Shown one piece after another: positions 16,801 to 25,269 of a DNA stretch of 25,269 nucleotides; position 1 is the stretch's first letter, and every line of letters begins with the position of its first letter. The stretch is taken from the NCBI GenBank assembly GCA_011056825.1, contig DSBH01000137.1:1-25269 (forward strand), read 5' to 3'. The stretch comes from Deltaproteobacteria bacterium. GTDB lineage: Bacteria > Desulfobacterota > Syntrophia > Syntrophales > UBA2210. The translations under genes were made by a program, and so were the position numbers. The notes below the pieces were generated by a model, which ran no database searches, was not told where the DNA came from, and saw only the letters and a program-made list of their open reading frames with translations.

Positions 16801-19800
16801 GTTCCCTCGACATTGAAACGGTCATTGCCGGATCCGAGGTCAACGTCCAGGCCTTCCAGGTTGTAGTAGTTAATTCCATTGAGCCGTGTATCCAGAATAA
16901 TGTCAACGTCGGTCAGGCCGGTCGCATCGACATCACCGTGTTCGATTTCGAGATCGGCGTACGCGCCCTGAAAGGTTATAAACAATACGTTGTCGACCTT
17001 GCGTACCGCCACGTTGTTCGTCCAGGGCAGGTCGTCCCGGCTGTTGTTCGGATTCAGTATCGGGGCCAGGCCGGCGTATACATCATCGGCACCGGCATCA
17101 TACGCAATGGGATCGGTCCACACGATGTTTTCCGTATTATCCGGGTCATAAACATAATCCATCCAGTCGTGATGCGCGTTATACACCGCTTCGAATCCGC
17201 GCAGACCTATGCGGTAAGTACCGGCGGCACTCCCCCCGGCATTCACCGTCAGTGTCTGGACAGTGTTCAGCAGGGATGCCGTGGTGCCGTCCTCAATCAC
17301 CGCGACTTCCACGTCGGGCGAAATATCCAGCGAACCGATTTCAAGACCGGTGTCATCCCAGGTTTCCGCCCAGGTAAGCTGCGGCATGTCCATGCCGGCC
17401 AGCGCGCCTGAGAAGGTGACCGTGTATGTCTTGGTCGCTCCGTTTATTGTCTCGGTCACGTCAATGCCGCCGTTCACTCCGTACAGTTCCTCGAGCCTTT
17501 CCCTGAGCATCGCGGAGTCATTGTTATACAGATCAAAACCAACTTCGACGGTTGCCGAATCGGCGGTCCTGGTCACGTTAACGGAATCCGCCATACCCGC
17601 GTCCGTGCCGAATCCCGCGGTCGCCATGAGATAGCTACCGCCTTCCGCGCGCACGCTGATGGTCTGGACTTCCTCAACCGTTGGCATATCAAGACCCGTC
17701 AGGGTTGTCTGCATCAGCGTACCGGCGTTATCGGAATCATCCCCGCTGTCATCGATATAGGCATGGTCGGCGTCGCCGCCGCCCTCTATGGTCAGCAGGC
17801 CGTTGATCTGGTCCATCATTCCGCTGTCACTGCCCGCGTAAACGGTGTCGACGCCTTCGCCGGCGTCGATAGTGGTGTGACCCGTGATTGTCTTAACGGT
17901 GATTTCATCCGTTCCATCACCCGCCGAGATGTGCGTGGCGCCGTGGTGGGTGGATTCAACAGTCAGGGTGTCGTTGCCGTATCCCAGCTCCAGGTTGAGA
18001 GCTTCCAGGTTCCCGTATTGAATGCCGCCCGGTATTATTTCACCGCCGATAACCGTGTCAGGCCCCATACCCAGTCCGTACAGCCGGTCCGCGGTAAGAA
18101 CACCGGCGTCATTCGAAGGGCTGTCGCCGTTGAACACGCTCAGCGTATCGACCTGATCGGCCTCGTCAACCAGGGTGTTCGGATTGATCGGCATGTAATA
18201 ATAATGGACGCCGGCGGCGGGCGCGACACCGTCGGGCCAATCCCTGGTAAAGGTTACGGTATTACCGTTTACGGACTCTACATCCATGACCGTACCGGCC
18301 AGGTCGCCGTCAAGGATTTTCACCCGGTAGAGGGCGTGGTTCATCCGCGGATCGAAACCGCCGCTCACATCGCCGGACTCGGGATCATAATGCGTAATAT
18401 CGTTATCCGTCAGCGTGGCCTTGCCGTCTCCATCAGTACCGGTGGACTCGATATCGCCGTCGGGCACAAGCTCGTTGGTCTCACCCGGAAGCATGTAGGG
18501 ATCTTCCAGGATCAGTTCCTCGCTGACCACCACACCGCCTTCGATCTCAAGCGGTCCCCTGATGGAGGCCGTTCTTTCTTCCATCGCCGGGAAGACCTGG
18601 GCGTCGCTTCCGTCCACGACGTTATCGTGAATAGCGTTGACGGTCACTTCCTGCGGTACGCTCCAGTTGTCAACCGTGAAAGTCAGGCTGTCGCTTTCAA
18701 CGCCGTTAACATATACCTGGATCGCCTCACGCTCACCGTTGTTCGCCTCATCATCGAACGCGAGGTCGGAGTTATAGGTACGGGTTGCAATGGCGGCCAC
18801 ATCAACCGTGACCGTTTCCCCTTCCGCCGGCGGACTGGTCAAAACCACCGTGAACGAATCGGTGGTTTCGGCGTAACCGGTCAGCGCCATAATGTCATAT
18901 GTGACTTCGAAACGGCTTGTATGGTCCACCGCTTCGGTAAGGGCGCTGTCAAACGTGAAGGTGCTGGTTTCCGGGGCATAATCGTCTATGGTGAAGGTCT
19001 GCCCCTGGCCGGTCCCTTCGGTGATCGTCAGAGTCTTTCCCTGAAGGCTGATCACATTGGGATTGATGATATGGTTCTGGAGAGTCGCGTTAAGCTGATA
19101 GGAAAGGCCCGTTTTCACGCCCGCGATCACATCCGCCACGTAATCATCCAGTGAGTCGGTGTAAGACCCCACTTCGATTCGGTAGAATCCGTCTTCTTCA
19201 AACGTATATTCCAGGAAGGGATCGTACGCAGTGTTGCTTCCCTTATCAACCCAATCACTGTAGTTGCTGGTTGCCAGCACTTCATTGCTCTCGTTATCCA
19301 CCAGCTGGAGATAGAGACTGGTCAGCAGCTCGTGATTGACAACCGACGTTCGCAGCTCAATCGTGGTACCATCAAAAAGCACATATTCCGTGTAAACAGG
19401 TTCCTGAATGATACTTTCGAGCACATTGCCGTAGTCAATATCGAAAATCCCCTGTACGGTGCCGTCGCCCCTGGTGGGTTCAACTGTGTCGCCGGCCAGG
19501 CCAGTCAGGGAAATCTCGGCACCGCTGACGGAAACGACAACTCCATCCAGTTCCGGAGCGGCGTCGAGCACTGATGCCAGTTCGGAAGCAATGTGGCTGA
19601 GCGTTTCGCCGGTCTCCTGCGCGGTGTATTCGTAAGCATTCCCATGCACCGTCACCGTCCACAGTTCCCCTTCCAGGACCAGTCCTTCCTTTTGCAGGGT
19701 GATGTCGGCATTGATCCAGTGATCCCGTGTATCCGGACTATTATCAGCCGTCCTGGAACCGGCGGCGACCCGCAGTTGTTCGATCTTTTCCGCTGTGACC

Positions 19801-22800
19801 GGTGAACCGTCGGAATCGGTCACCTGCAAGGTATCACCGGACACAAAAACGGTGTAAAAATCATCGATGATAGCCGCGAGTCCTTCGGCCACGTCGTCAA
19901 GATCGCTGTCGGAGCCTTGAACCACGTAACTGTCATAGGTGACGCCGTCGATAGTCAGTGTCCACACATCGTTCTCGGCGAAAGACCCGTCGAGCTGAAT
20001 ACCGGTGACCCAGTCGCCTGCAACCCGACCGTTAAAATCGGCGTCACCATCAACGGCAGCTGGAGTAATCGTGAAATTGATGTCCACGCTGACGTCCTCA
20101 ATCGTCAGCGTGTTCGTGTCGGCATTATACGAGGCGGATGCGCCGATATCGCCGGCAAACCAGGCACCGATATCGTCGACATCGATAACTCCGTTACCAG
20201 CCCCGACTGTATAGTCATCAGCGACCACATGGGTGTATGTAGTCTCCGTGCCGTTCAGCGGCGTCATCGTCAGGGACCATTCTTCACCCGCGTTGACCGT
20301 TCCGTCCAGGACAATGTCGGCCTGAGAATAATGACTGGCGGTACTGCCGGCCTCATTGAAATTCAATTCCCCCGGCTCTGGGGCGGCAACGCCGGCTTCG
20401 GCGGTAAAGGCCGTTCCGTCCGTTTTTGTCACCGTAAGTGCGCCGGCACCATCGTAAAGAACCGTGAAGTCCGCGGGAATAGCGGGCGTAGTCGTGTTGG
20501 TTGCAGTGGCAAACGCATCTCCCACATCATCGATATCATCACCTGTCTGAACAATATATTTATAAGCAACGCCGTCCAGGGTCAGGGTCCAGGTTTCGTC
20601 TACCTGGGCCGAGCCGCCCAGGGTAAAAACAGCCTGTTCGTAATCACCATCCGTACTATTGACTTCGTTGGCAAAAGTTACCGTTCCGCTGCCGCCTACG
20701 GTAAAGTCATAAGAAACAAACCCGTCTGCGTTGGAAACCGCCAGAGTATCGCTGTCGCCATTATAGGTAACCGTGAAGCCCGCATCTGATATATCCGTAT
20801 TGTTCTCAAACCATTGTCCCACCTCGTCTACATCTTCAATATGGGAGGCGGGAGGACCGGTCGTTGTCGTGGTGCAAGTATAGGCCACGCCATCAAGGGT
20901 AAGGATCCATTCTTCACCACTTGACGCATCCGCCACGGCCGTGCCGGACAGGTCAATATCAACGGACTCCAATGCCGGGGAACTGCTGTCCAGGGCTATC
21001 GTCCCCTGAACAGATGCGGCGGTAACGCTGAGGGCGACATTGACGCCGTCGGCATCCGTGATGGTCAGGGTCTTTGCGGTATCGTCATACGAAGCGGAAG
21101 CGCCGATCTCATTTTCAAACCAGCCGCCGACATCGTCAATATCGACATCCAGGTCTCCGTCGAAATCGTAATCTGCGATGGTATCATCATAACTATAGCT
21201 TGTAACCGTGTCATCCGCCGCAGTCAGGGTCAGAACCCAGGTTTCCCCTTCATGCACCGGTCCGGACAGATTCACCACCGCCTCGGACCAGTAGCTCACG
21301 TTGCCGCTGACACTCTGCGTAGCGCCGGCCGGCGCCTCGGTGACTTCCAGGTCGACGGTGAAACTCTCTCCGCTGTCTCTGCTTACTGTCACGGCATCGC
21401 CGTCCGCGATGATTGTATAGCCGGCCGGTGCGGCACCCTCGAGGCCGTCGGCGATATTCGCGAGGGAATCACCGTAGGCGACCTCGTAAGCGCTGCTCGC
21501 GCCGTCGGGAAGATTCAGGGTCCACATCTGGTTGTGAACGGCCGTACCGACAAGGTTCAGGGTAACCTCCTGCCAGGAGGTCGCCTCCGCCTCATTGGTG
21601 TCGAGCGACGTGCCGGTAATCGCCGCGGTCGCCGACGGGCTGGTCCCGGCTTGCTGAAAGCCCAGGGTAAAGCCGGCCGCGTCGGTCAGCCGCAGGGTAT
21701 CATCGCCGATCCGCTCCGGCGCGTACCCGGCGTCTATACTGGCCACCAGTCCGTCGATAACGTTTACCAGCGTATCGTCCGTCTGTACTTCATACTCAAC
21801 GGGATTGCCGTTTATCACCACCGTCCACACATTCCCGTCCACGGGGATGATCGGATCGAATGTGATATCCGCGGCGGAAAATTTCACTCCTCCGGTGGCC
21901 AGCGTCCGCGTGACGGTTCCCGCCGCCTGGACCTCCTGGGTTACGCCGCCGAACAGGAAGCCGTTGGGGTCTTCGATATCCATAACCGTCGAATCGGTTT
22001 CGTTCAGAGAAGCGGTGTAGGTATCATAGACGTCGGTATCATCATTAATTTCACCCGCCAGGCCGTTGATCACGTTGGCCATGGTGGTGTCGGTATCCGC
22101 GACGGTATACGAGTATTCTTCCCCGTTGAGGGTTATCGTCCAGACATCACCTGGCGTGACGTCACCGTTCAGCCTGATGCCCGCTTCGAGATAGTACGTA
22201 CCCCCGGCCGTTTCGCCGCTCACCACGCCCGCCGTAGGCTGGAGCATGCCTTTGGTGATCTCGAAGGAATAATTGTCCCAGGTGCCGTTGCCGTTGCCGA
22301 TGACTGAAGTATAGGCGGTGTAGTAATCGATGAACCCGCCTTCCGGATTTTCCCGGTCGCCGATATCGGGATTGAAATAGGTGTACCAGTAATCGTCGAC
22401 GTCGATATCCTGGGCGGCATTGTTACCCGCTTCATCCTCATACTGCGGCTTCGCCTCGAAGGTGAAGGTATCCACTTCGTGGTTCTCCAGCGAGACATGA
22501 AGATCGTAGTCCGCGCCGGGGGGTATTTCCTCTCCCTTTCCCAACAACCATCCCTGCATGTCGCTTACTTTAACCAGATAGGTGCCCGGCTCGGACAGAT
22601 CCGCCTCCAGGTATGCGTCGAACCAGGTCGAGCTGACGGCCGCTCCATAGTCCGGGTCACTCAAGAACCCGTCTCCAACGGTGTTCCCGTCCGGACCGGT
22701 CAGTTTCAGCGCGGACATCCACCAGACCGAATCGGCCCCCGTAACGGGATCAATTTCAAAGCCATGATCGACATCGAGGACGACGTTGACAGAACCGGAC

Positions 22801-25268
22801 GATAAATCGAGCATCTCCTGGGTTACTTCAAAGGAAAAATAGTCAACGCTGTCGTCACCGGTGGCCCGAACCGTTATATGCGGTATATCCCGGGAAGTGT
22901 TCGCGACGGTATCGCCTATCTCGTCGCTGTAATTCAGTCCCCAGTCTCCCAGTTCCAGGTTCTGCGCGACATACTGTGAATCGTTCCCGGCGAGTTCATT
23001 AATCACTGATGTACCGAAATCGGCCACAATCGACGTGTCGCCCGCATTCGCCGTCTGGCTGGCCTGTCCCTCTCCGAGGACGACTTCCTCGGTCGGCTCG
23101 ACCACGTCGGTGGAACCGCCGTCCTGGAACACATAAATCCCCGGAGTACCGTCAATAATTTTCACATCCACGTGGGACGCGTCGACACCGTCGTAATTGG
23201 TGCCTTCCGTGGTGGAAACATCATGGGTAACGCGGGCGAAATGGGTGCCTTCGGCAACGCCGTCGTCGACAGCACGGACATAGACATCCTGCTGCGTATC
23301 CCAGTTGCCGGGCGTAAAAATCAGTGAGTCGACCGGATTGCCGTCCACGTCCTCAAGCTCGATCTGGCCGTCGGACAGGTCGTTGAGCGTGACCGTCACA
23401 TCGGCGTCCGGCATGGAGCTCAAGACCACCGAATAGCGATCCCGTTCCGCGATCTCGCCTTTTTCGAATACCACCGTCTCGTTCGCCTGCTGGGCGATTA
23501 CCACACCGGGAGTGTCGTTATCCACCACTTCGACCGTCAGGCTCGTGGTTGCCAGACCGTCATAAGCATCTCCGTCATCCGGCGACCGCCCCTGGGCGAC
23601 GCTGTGCTTGATCTCGTAGGTCTGCAACCCTTCGGCGATATCGTCATCGACCGCCGTTACGGTGATGATCTGTTCGTTGAACCAGTTGGTGTCATCGAAC
23701 AACAGGGTGACGCCTTCTTCGTTGCCGTTGAGAGCTACTCCCCTGGCTCCTTCTTTCATAGCCTCTTCCGGGGGAAGGGTGGCGCTGGCCGTCACCCGCA
23801 CATCTTCTTCCGGCGGGCGCGTCAGCGCGATTGCGTACTGGGCCATGATCATGCCCGCGGGGGCCGCGGCACCGTCCTCGAACACCCGCAGGGACCCTTC
23901 AAGCATGCGCACAACGATGCCCGCTTCGTCGGCGTCGGCCACATTGACGGACACGTCCCCGGCGAAAACGCCATCGTAGTCCGACGTACCGTCGGTGCTG
24001 CTCGCCAGCAGTTCCACCAGTCCGCTGTGACCCAGCAGATCATTGCTCACCACCGAAATGGGCTCCCCGTTTGTCCCGCCTCCCACGTTGAAACTGTCGC
24101 TGCCCAGCCCGCCGATAAGGGAGGTCTCCACATATTCATTCGTTGAAGCGATGAAGAACGTATCGTTCCCCTCCAGGGCGTTGACGACCACTTTTTCAAT
24201 ACCGCCATACTTGACGAATAACCCGGCACCGTACACACCTCCGTCGGTCACGACGAAGTCATCGCCGAATTCGGTACCCACAACAGTCAAGGTATCCAGT
24301 CCGTCGCCACCCTGGATATTTACGGGGGCGTTTACGGTGTAGGAAATAAAGTCGGCGCCCTGACCACCGTTGATGTTGGTAAACGGCGCTTTGATATCAT
24401 CGGGGTCAACTTTGACAAAGGCCCTGATGATGAACGTGTCGTTGTCTTCATCGCCGTTGAGAGAAAGGGTTGCCAGGTTTCGATAGACCGTGAAGGAATC
24501 CTCACCGATACCGCCGTTGAGGGTCGCGGCGTGGCTGATGCCGTTTGACAGGTATCCCTTCGTGGTCAGGGTGGTGTCAAAACAGTCCTCGGGGGCGAGA
24601 CCGGCGGCTTCGTCCCGGGGTGACTGGAACATCTGTCCCACCTGGAACGTGTCATCACCTTCGTCGCCGTACACGGTCACCGGAGAGTTGGTATCGTCGA
24701 ACACGAAGGTATCGTCACCCTGCCTGCCGTAAACGTACACGCCGGCGTTGATATCGCCGTTGTAGTTGACCCGCTCCACGACGCCGTTTTCTACCGGGAC
24801 CCGGTTTTCATCCATTTCCAGGCTCATGATGGCTCCCGGCCTGAACAGGAAATAATCGGTTTCATCAGTGGCGTAAATCCGGAGGCTGTCGTTGCTCAGG
24901 TCGCCGCCGGGGCTCTCGTCGTAGACGTTAAACAGAGCCGCGCCGTCCCCGTATAGTTCGATCTCGTACAGATCGCTGCCGCCGTACCCCGTCAGGGTCA
25001 CGGCGCCGGTGATGCCGTAGAGCGGGTGAACCATGGGGAAATGGTCGTCGTCACTGTTACCGTAGATAAAAGCCTCGGTACCGATGACCGTTCCCGTGAT
25101 ATCGACCGCGCCGCCGTCGGCATCCGTTCCGGGGACGCCGTAATCGACGTACATGATGACATTTCCGGCGGCTTCAACATCTCCGTAAATCCAGAGGTCG
25201 TCGCCGGCCCGCAGGATAACGTCGCCGGTTTCGGCCCGCAGCACGACACCCTCGGGAATGATGATGTC
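13890..25268 (-). CDS. Giant acidic secreted/surface protein (>3,790 aa; 5' end outside the window) with RTX-like Ca-binding repeats, Calx-beta-like and PPC-like domains
   Basis: One reading frame is open to the right edge (DIIIPEGVVLRAETG...). Many GGxGxD/GxDxxxxGDNG repeats. Three YxxxLxxxP...FTxxNW...QxVxVxAxxD units. Two PPC-like units ending L.NH. Strongly Asp/Glu/Thr/Gly-rich. Confidence 0.93.
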   Translation of the reverse strand, partial: DIIIPEGVVLRAETGDVILRAGDDLWIYGDVEAAGNVIMYVDYGVPGTDADGGAVDITGTVIGTEAFIYGNSDDDHFPMVHPLYGITGAVTLTGYGGSDLYEIELYGDGAALFNVYDESPGGDLSNDSLRIYATDETDYFLFRPGAIMSLEMDENRVPVENGVVERVNYNGDINAGVYVYGRQGDDTFVFDDTNSPVTVYGDEGDDTFQVGQMFQSPRDEAAGLAPEDCFDTTLTTKGYLSNGISHAATLNGGIGEDSFTVYRNLATLSLNGDEDNDTFIIRAFVKVDPDDIKAPFTNINGGQGADFISYTVNAPVNIQGGDGLDTLTVVGTEFGDDFVVTDGGVYGAGLFVKYGGIEKVVVNALEGNDTFFIASTNEYVETSLIGGLGSDSFNVGGGTNGEPISVVSNDLLGHSGLVELLASSTDGTSDYDGVFAGDVSVNVADADEAGIVVRMLEGSLRVFEDGAAAPAGMIMAQYAIALTRPPEEDVRVTASATLPPEEAMKEGARGVALNGNEEGVTLLFDDTNWFNEQIITVTAVDDDIAEGLQTYEIKHSVAQGRSPDDGDAYDGLATTSLTVEVVDNDTPGVVIAQQANETVVFEKGEIAERDRYSVVLSSMPDADVTVTLNDLSDGQIELEDVDGNPVDSLIFTPGNWDTQQDVYVRAVDDGVAEGTHFARVTHDVSTTEGTNYDGVDASHVDVKIIDGTPGIYVFQDGGSTDVVEPTEEVVLGEGQASQTANAGDTSIVADFGTSVINELAGNDSQYVAQNLELGDWGLNYSDEIGDTVANTSRDIPHITVRATGDDSVDYFSFEVTQEMLDLSSGSVNVVLDVDHGFEIDPVTGADSVWWMSALKLTGPDGNTVGDGFLSDPDYGAAVSSTWFDAYLEADLSEPGTYLVKVSDMQGWLLGKGEEIPPGADYDLHVSLENHEVDTFTFEAKPQYEDEAGNNAAQDIDVDDYWYTYFNPDIGDRENPEGGFIDYYTAYTSVIGNGNGTWDNYSFEITKGMLQPTAGVVSGETAGGTYYLEAGIRLNGDVTPGDVWTITLNGEEYSYTVADTDTTMANVINGLAGEINDDTDVYDTYTASLNETDSTVMDIEDPNGFLFGGVTQEVQAAGTVTRTLATGGVKFSAADITFDPIIPVDGNVWTVVINGNPVEYEVQTDDTLVNVIDGLVASIDAGYAPERIGDDTLRLTDAAGFTLGFQQAGTSPSATAAITGTSLDTNEAEATSWQEVTLNLVGTAVHNQMWTLNLPDGASSAYEVAYGDSLANIADGLEGAAPAGYTIIADGDAVTVSRDSGESFTVDLEVTEAPAGATQSVSGNVSYWSEAVVNLSGPVHEGETWVLTLTAADDTVTSYSYDDTIADYDFDGDLDVDIDDVGGWFENEIGASASYDDTAKTLTITDADGVNVALSVTAASVQGTIALDSSSPALESVDIDLSGTAVADASSGEEWILTLDGVAYTCTTTTTGPPASHIEDVDEVGQWFENNTDISDAGFTVTYNGDSDTLAVSNADGFVSYDFTVGGSGTVTFANEVNSTDGDYEQAVFTLGGSAQVDETWTLTLDGVAYKYIVQTGDDIDDVGDAFATATNTTTPAIPADFTVLYDGAGALTVTKTDGTAFTAEAGVAAPEPGELNFNEAGSTASHYSQADIVLDGTVNAGEEWSLTMTPLNGTETTYTHVVADDYTVGAGNGVIDVDDIGAWFAGDIGASASYNADTNTLTIEDVSVDINFTITPAAVDGDADFNGRVAGDWVTGIQLDGSFAENDVWTLTIDGVTYDSYVVQGSDSDLDDVAEGLAAIIDDFYTVFVSGDTLQVTDSDGSPVTAEKIEQLRVAAGSRTADNSPDTRDHWINADITLQKEGLVLEGELWTVTVHGNAYEYTAQETGETLSHIASELASVLDAAPELDGVVVSVSGAEISLTGLAGDTVEPTRGDGTVQGIFDIDYGNVLESIIQEPVYTEYVLFDGTTIELRTSVVNHELLTSLYLQLVDNESNEVLATSNYSDWVDKGSNTAYDPFLEYTFEEDGFYRIEVGSYTDSLDDYVADVIAGVKTGLSYQLNATLQNHIINPNVISLQGKTLTITEGTGQGQTFTIDDYAPETSTFTFDSALTEAVDHTSRFEVTYDIMALTGYAETTDSFTVVLTSPPAEGETVTVDVAAIATRTYNSDLAFDDEANNGEREAIQVYVNGVESDSLTFTVDNWSVPQEVTVNAIHDNVVDGSDAQVFPAMEERTASIRGPLEIEGGVVVSEELILEDPYMLPGETNELVPDGDIESTGTDGDGKATLTDNDITHYDPESGDVSGGFDPRMNHALYRVKILDGDLAGTVMDVESVNGNTVTFTRDWPDGVAPAAGVHYYYMPINPNTLVDEADQVDTLSVFNGDSPSNDAGVLTADRLYGLGMGPDTVIGGEIIPGGIQYGNLEALNLELGYGNDTLTVESTHHGATHISAGDGTDEITVKTITGHTTIDAGEGVDTVYAGSDSGMMDQINGLLTIEGGGDADHAYIDDSGDDSDNAGTLMQTTLTGLDMPTVEEVQTISVRAEGGSYLMATAGFGTDAGMADSVNVTRTADSATVEVGFDLYNNDSAMLRERLEELYGVNGGIDVTETINGATKTYTVTFSGALAGMDMPQLTWAETWDDTGLEIGSLDISPDVEVAVIEDGTTASLLNTVQTLTVNAGGSAAGTYRIGLRGFEAVYNAHHDWMDYVYDPDNTENIVWTDPIAYDAGADDVYAGLAPILNPNNSRDDLPWTNNVAVRKVDNVLFITFQGAYADLEIEHGDVDATGLTDVDIILDTRLNGINYYNLEGLDVDLGSGNDRFNVEGTAFGTPTSVTTGNGNDSINVYNPERSLDDILGELSVDTMGGSNTLNVDGSGDTVADTATITNAAIIGLAPADINYQSTGGNMAGGITIWSGTAGDTITVDSTHRTDGVRTITTLNTNDGDDDVTVSLNAATDGFFAVNTQAGDDTVDGSASSLPLVIFGGAGMDEIDGGSGDDIIFGDRGRVYYRDDTGDVVTSLGNGAPVVGDTIEVTSSWDFSAETDPLSISRVIRLEGGAENGETWSIEIHDETGEVIATAEYTVADDQVETVESIAGQLAFLLNDDLAAQGIEHYSVAADGIHLVITNAGGYPVFSVSHGVRTEDRTDGVDRTPSNVLTIDPAVGGIDTISAGDGNETIIGGFGIDAITAGTGDHVVFGDNGRVDYDTDGALKVLETTDTEIDSAYGDDDTITITGDGNNHILGGMGSDTISTTATTIGTTDVILGDNGRVEYAGPVGGLELSLIESTVLSRGGNDTIETGDGEKYIVGGFGADIITAGVGDHVVMGDNGRVNYDTDGAPKVLETTDTVDHPEYGGDDTITLGSGDGVIFGGMGSDEITTHDGTEVIFGDNGRVEYAGPVGGLELSLIESTLPLEGGDDTITTGNGMKYIVGGFGSDKIITGTGSDILIGDNGVVEYDEDGLPETVYSTWPDVGGVDTLETTADTNILIGGTKGDFIYGGSGRDAIFGDSGEVTLLNGVWHTLEATDYFIGGDDFMDGGAGNDVMMGGAGNNIFAGSLSEDIMIDTYGRVTFTPDASKVTSVIRLDTTSLIANVMTELEGGKDIGEIPEVETVGDREFADEGWLFGSFQEWGVSGAGINLAGHKGSYGLAGTGDEQTDQPRDHHGLSQAPSAGEGEPSIPESETPPGEEPPIEEEATEENTSHAGEAPEGAGNSGGETNEGTEEDESSDEEEEGNGEGGSADAGTAAVASMMGWKVLAGGSLGTRAATGVIDRESFRELAARQDKKRFKRWTSVGL
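14935..15690 (-). repeat. Intragenic tandem duplication of a ~123-128 codon double RTX-like unit
   Basis: Identical 49-mer at 15070-15118 and 15439-15487 (period 369). Near-identical blocks at 15240-15303 and 15624-15687 (period 384). The protein repeats GDNGRVEYAGPVGGLELSLIEST twice. Confidence 0.85.
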
Positions 25269-25269
25269 G

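Noticed and set aside
1761-22805. Many long plus-strand ORFs (e.g. 1761..2606, 2965..4131, 4592..5419, 17763..19154, 21252..22307)
   Set aside because: They are antisense shadows of motif-bearing minus-strand genes, expected in GC-rich, codon-biased DNA, and they show no recognisable motifs.
13890-25268. Pore-forming RTX/MARTX toxin
   Set aside because: No toxin effector or hydrophobic pore domain is recognised in the visible part, and the domain content is adhesin/S-layer-like. The unseen N-terminus cannot be assessed.
1-25269. tRNA, rRNA, transposase or integrase genes
   Set aside because: None recognised by eye; almost the whole window is accounted for by CDSs.

Overview
GC-rich bacterial window; gene content and repeat types suggest a Desulfobacterota/deltaproteobacterium, which is inference only. 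The left end holds the 3' part of a thyX-like gene and an FmdB zinc-ribbon gene, followed by a ~490 bp symmetric mosaic of REP/MITE-like repeats. The remaining ~23.5 kb is one mostly minus-strand locus. In transcription order it encodes: a giant (>3,790 aa, 5'-truncated) acidic RTX-like/Calx-beta surface protein; a DUF3467 domain fused to a domain resembling cyanobactin (LynF/PagF) prenyltransferases; a radical SAM enzyme; an unknown beta-hairpin-rich protein, possibly a second ABBA barrel; an inverted P-loop kinase; an O-methyltransferase; a stand-alone DUF3467; a GAF-GAF-membrane fusion protein (MFP); a PqqD/RRE-like-M50 protease-MFP fusion; a C-terminally truncated SecA paralogue; and a third MFP. 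No ABC transporter or TolC is in the window. Best hypothesis: an ABC-independent, SecA-paralogue-driven, T1SS-like export and processing system for the giant protein, with an embedded RiPP-like tailoring cassette linked to the exporter through DUF3467. All family calls are by-eye motif recognition; no database search was run.
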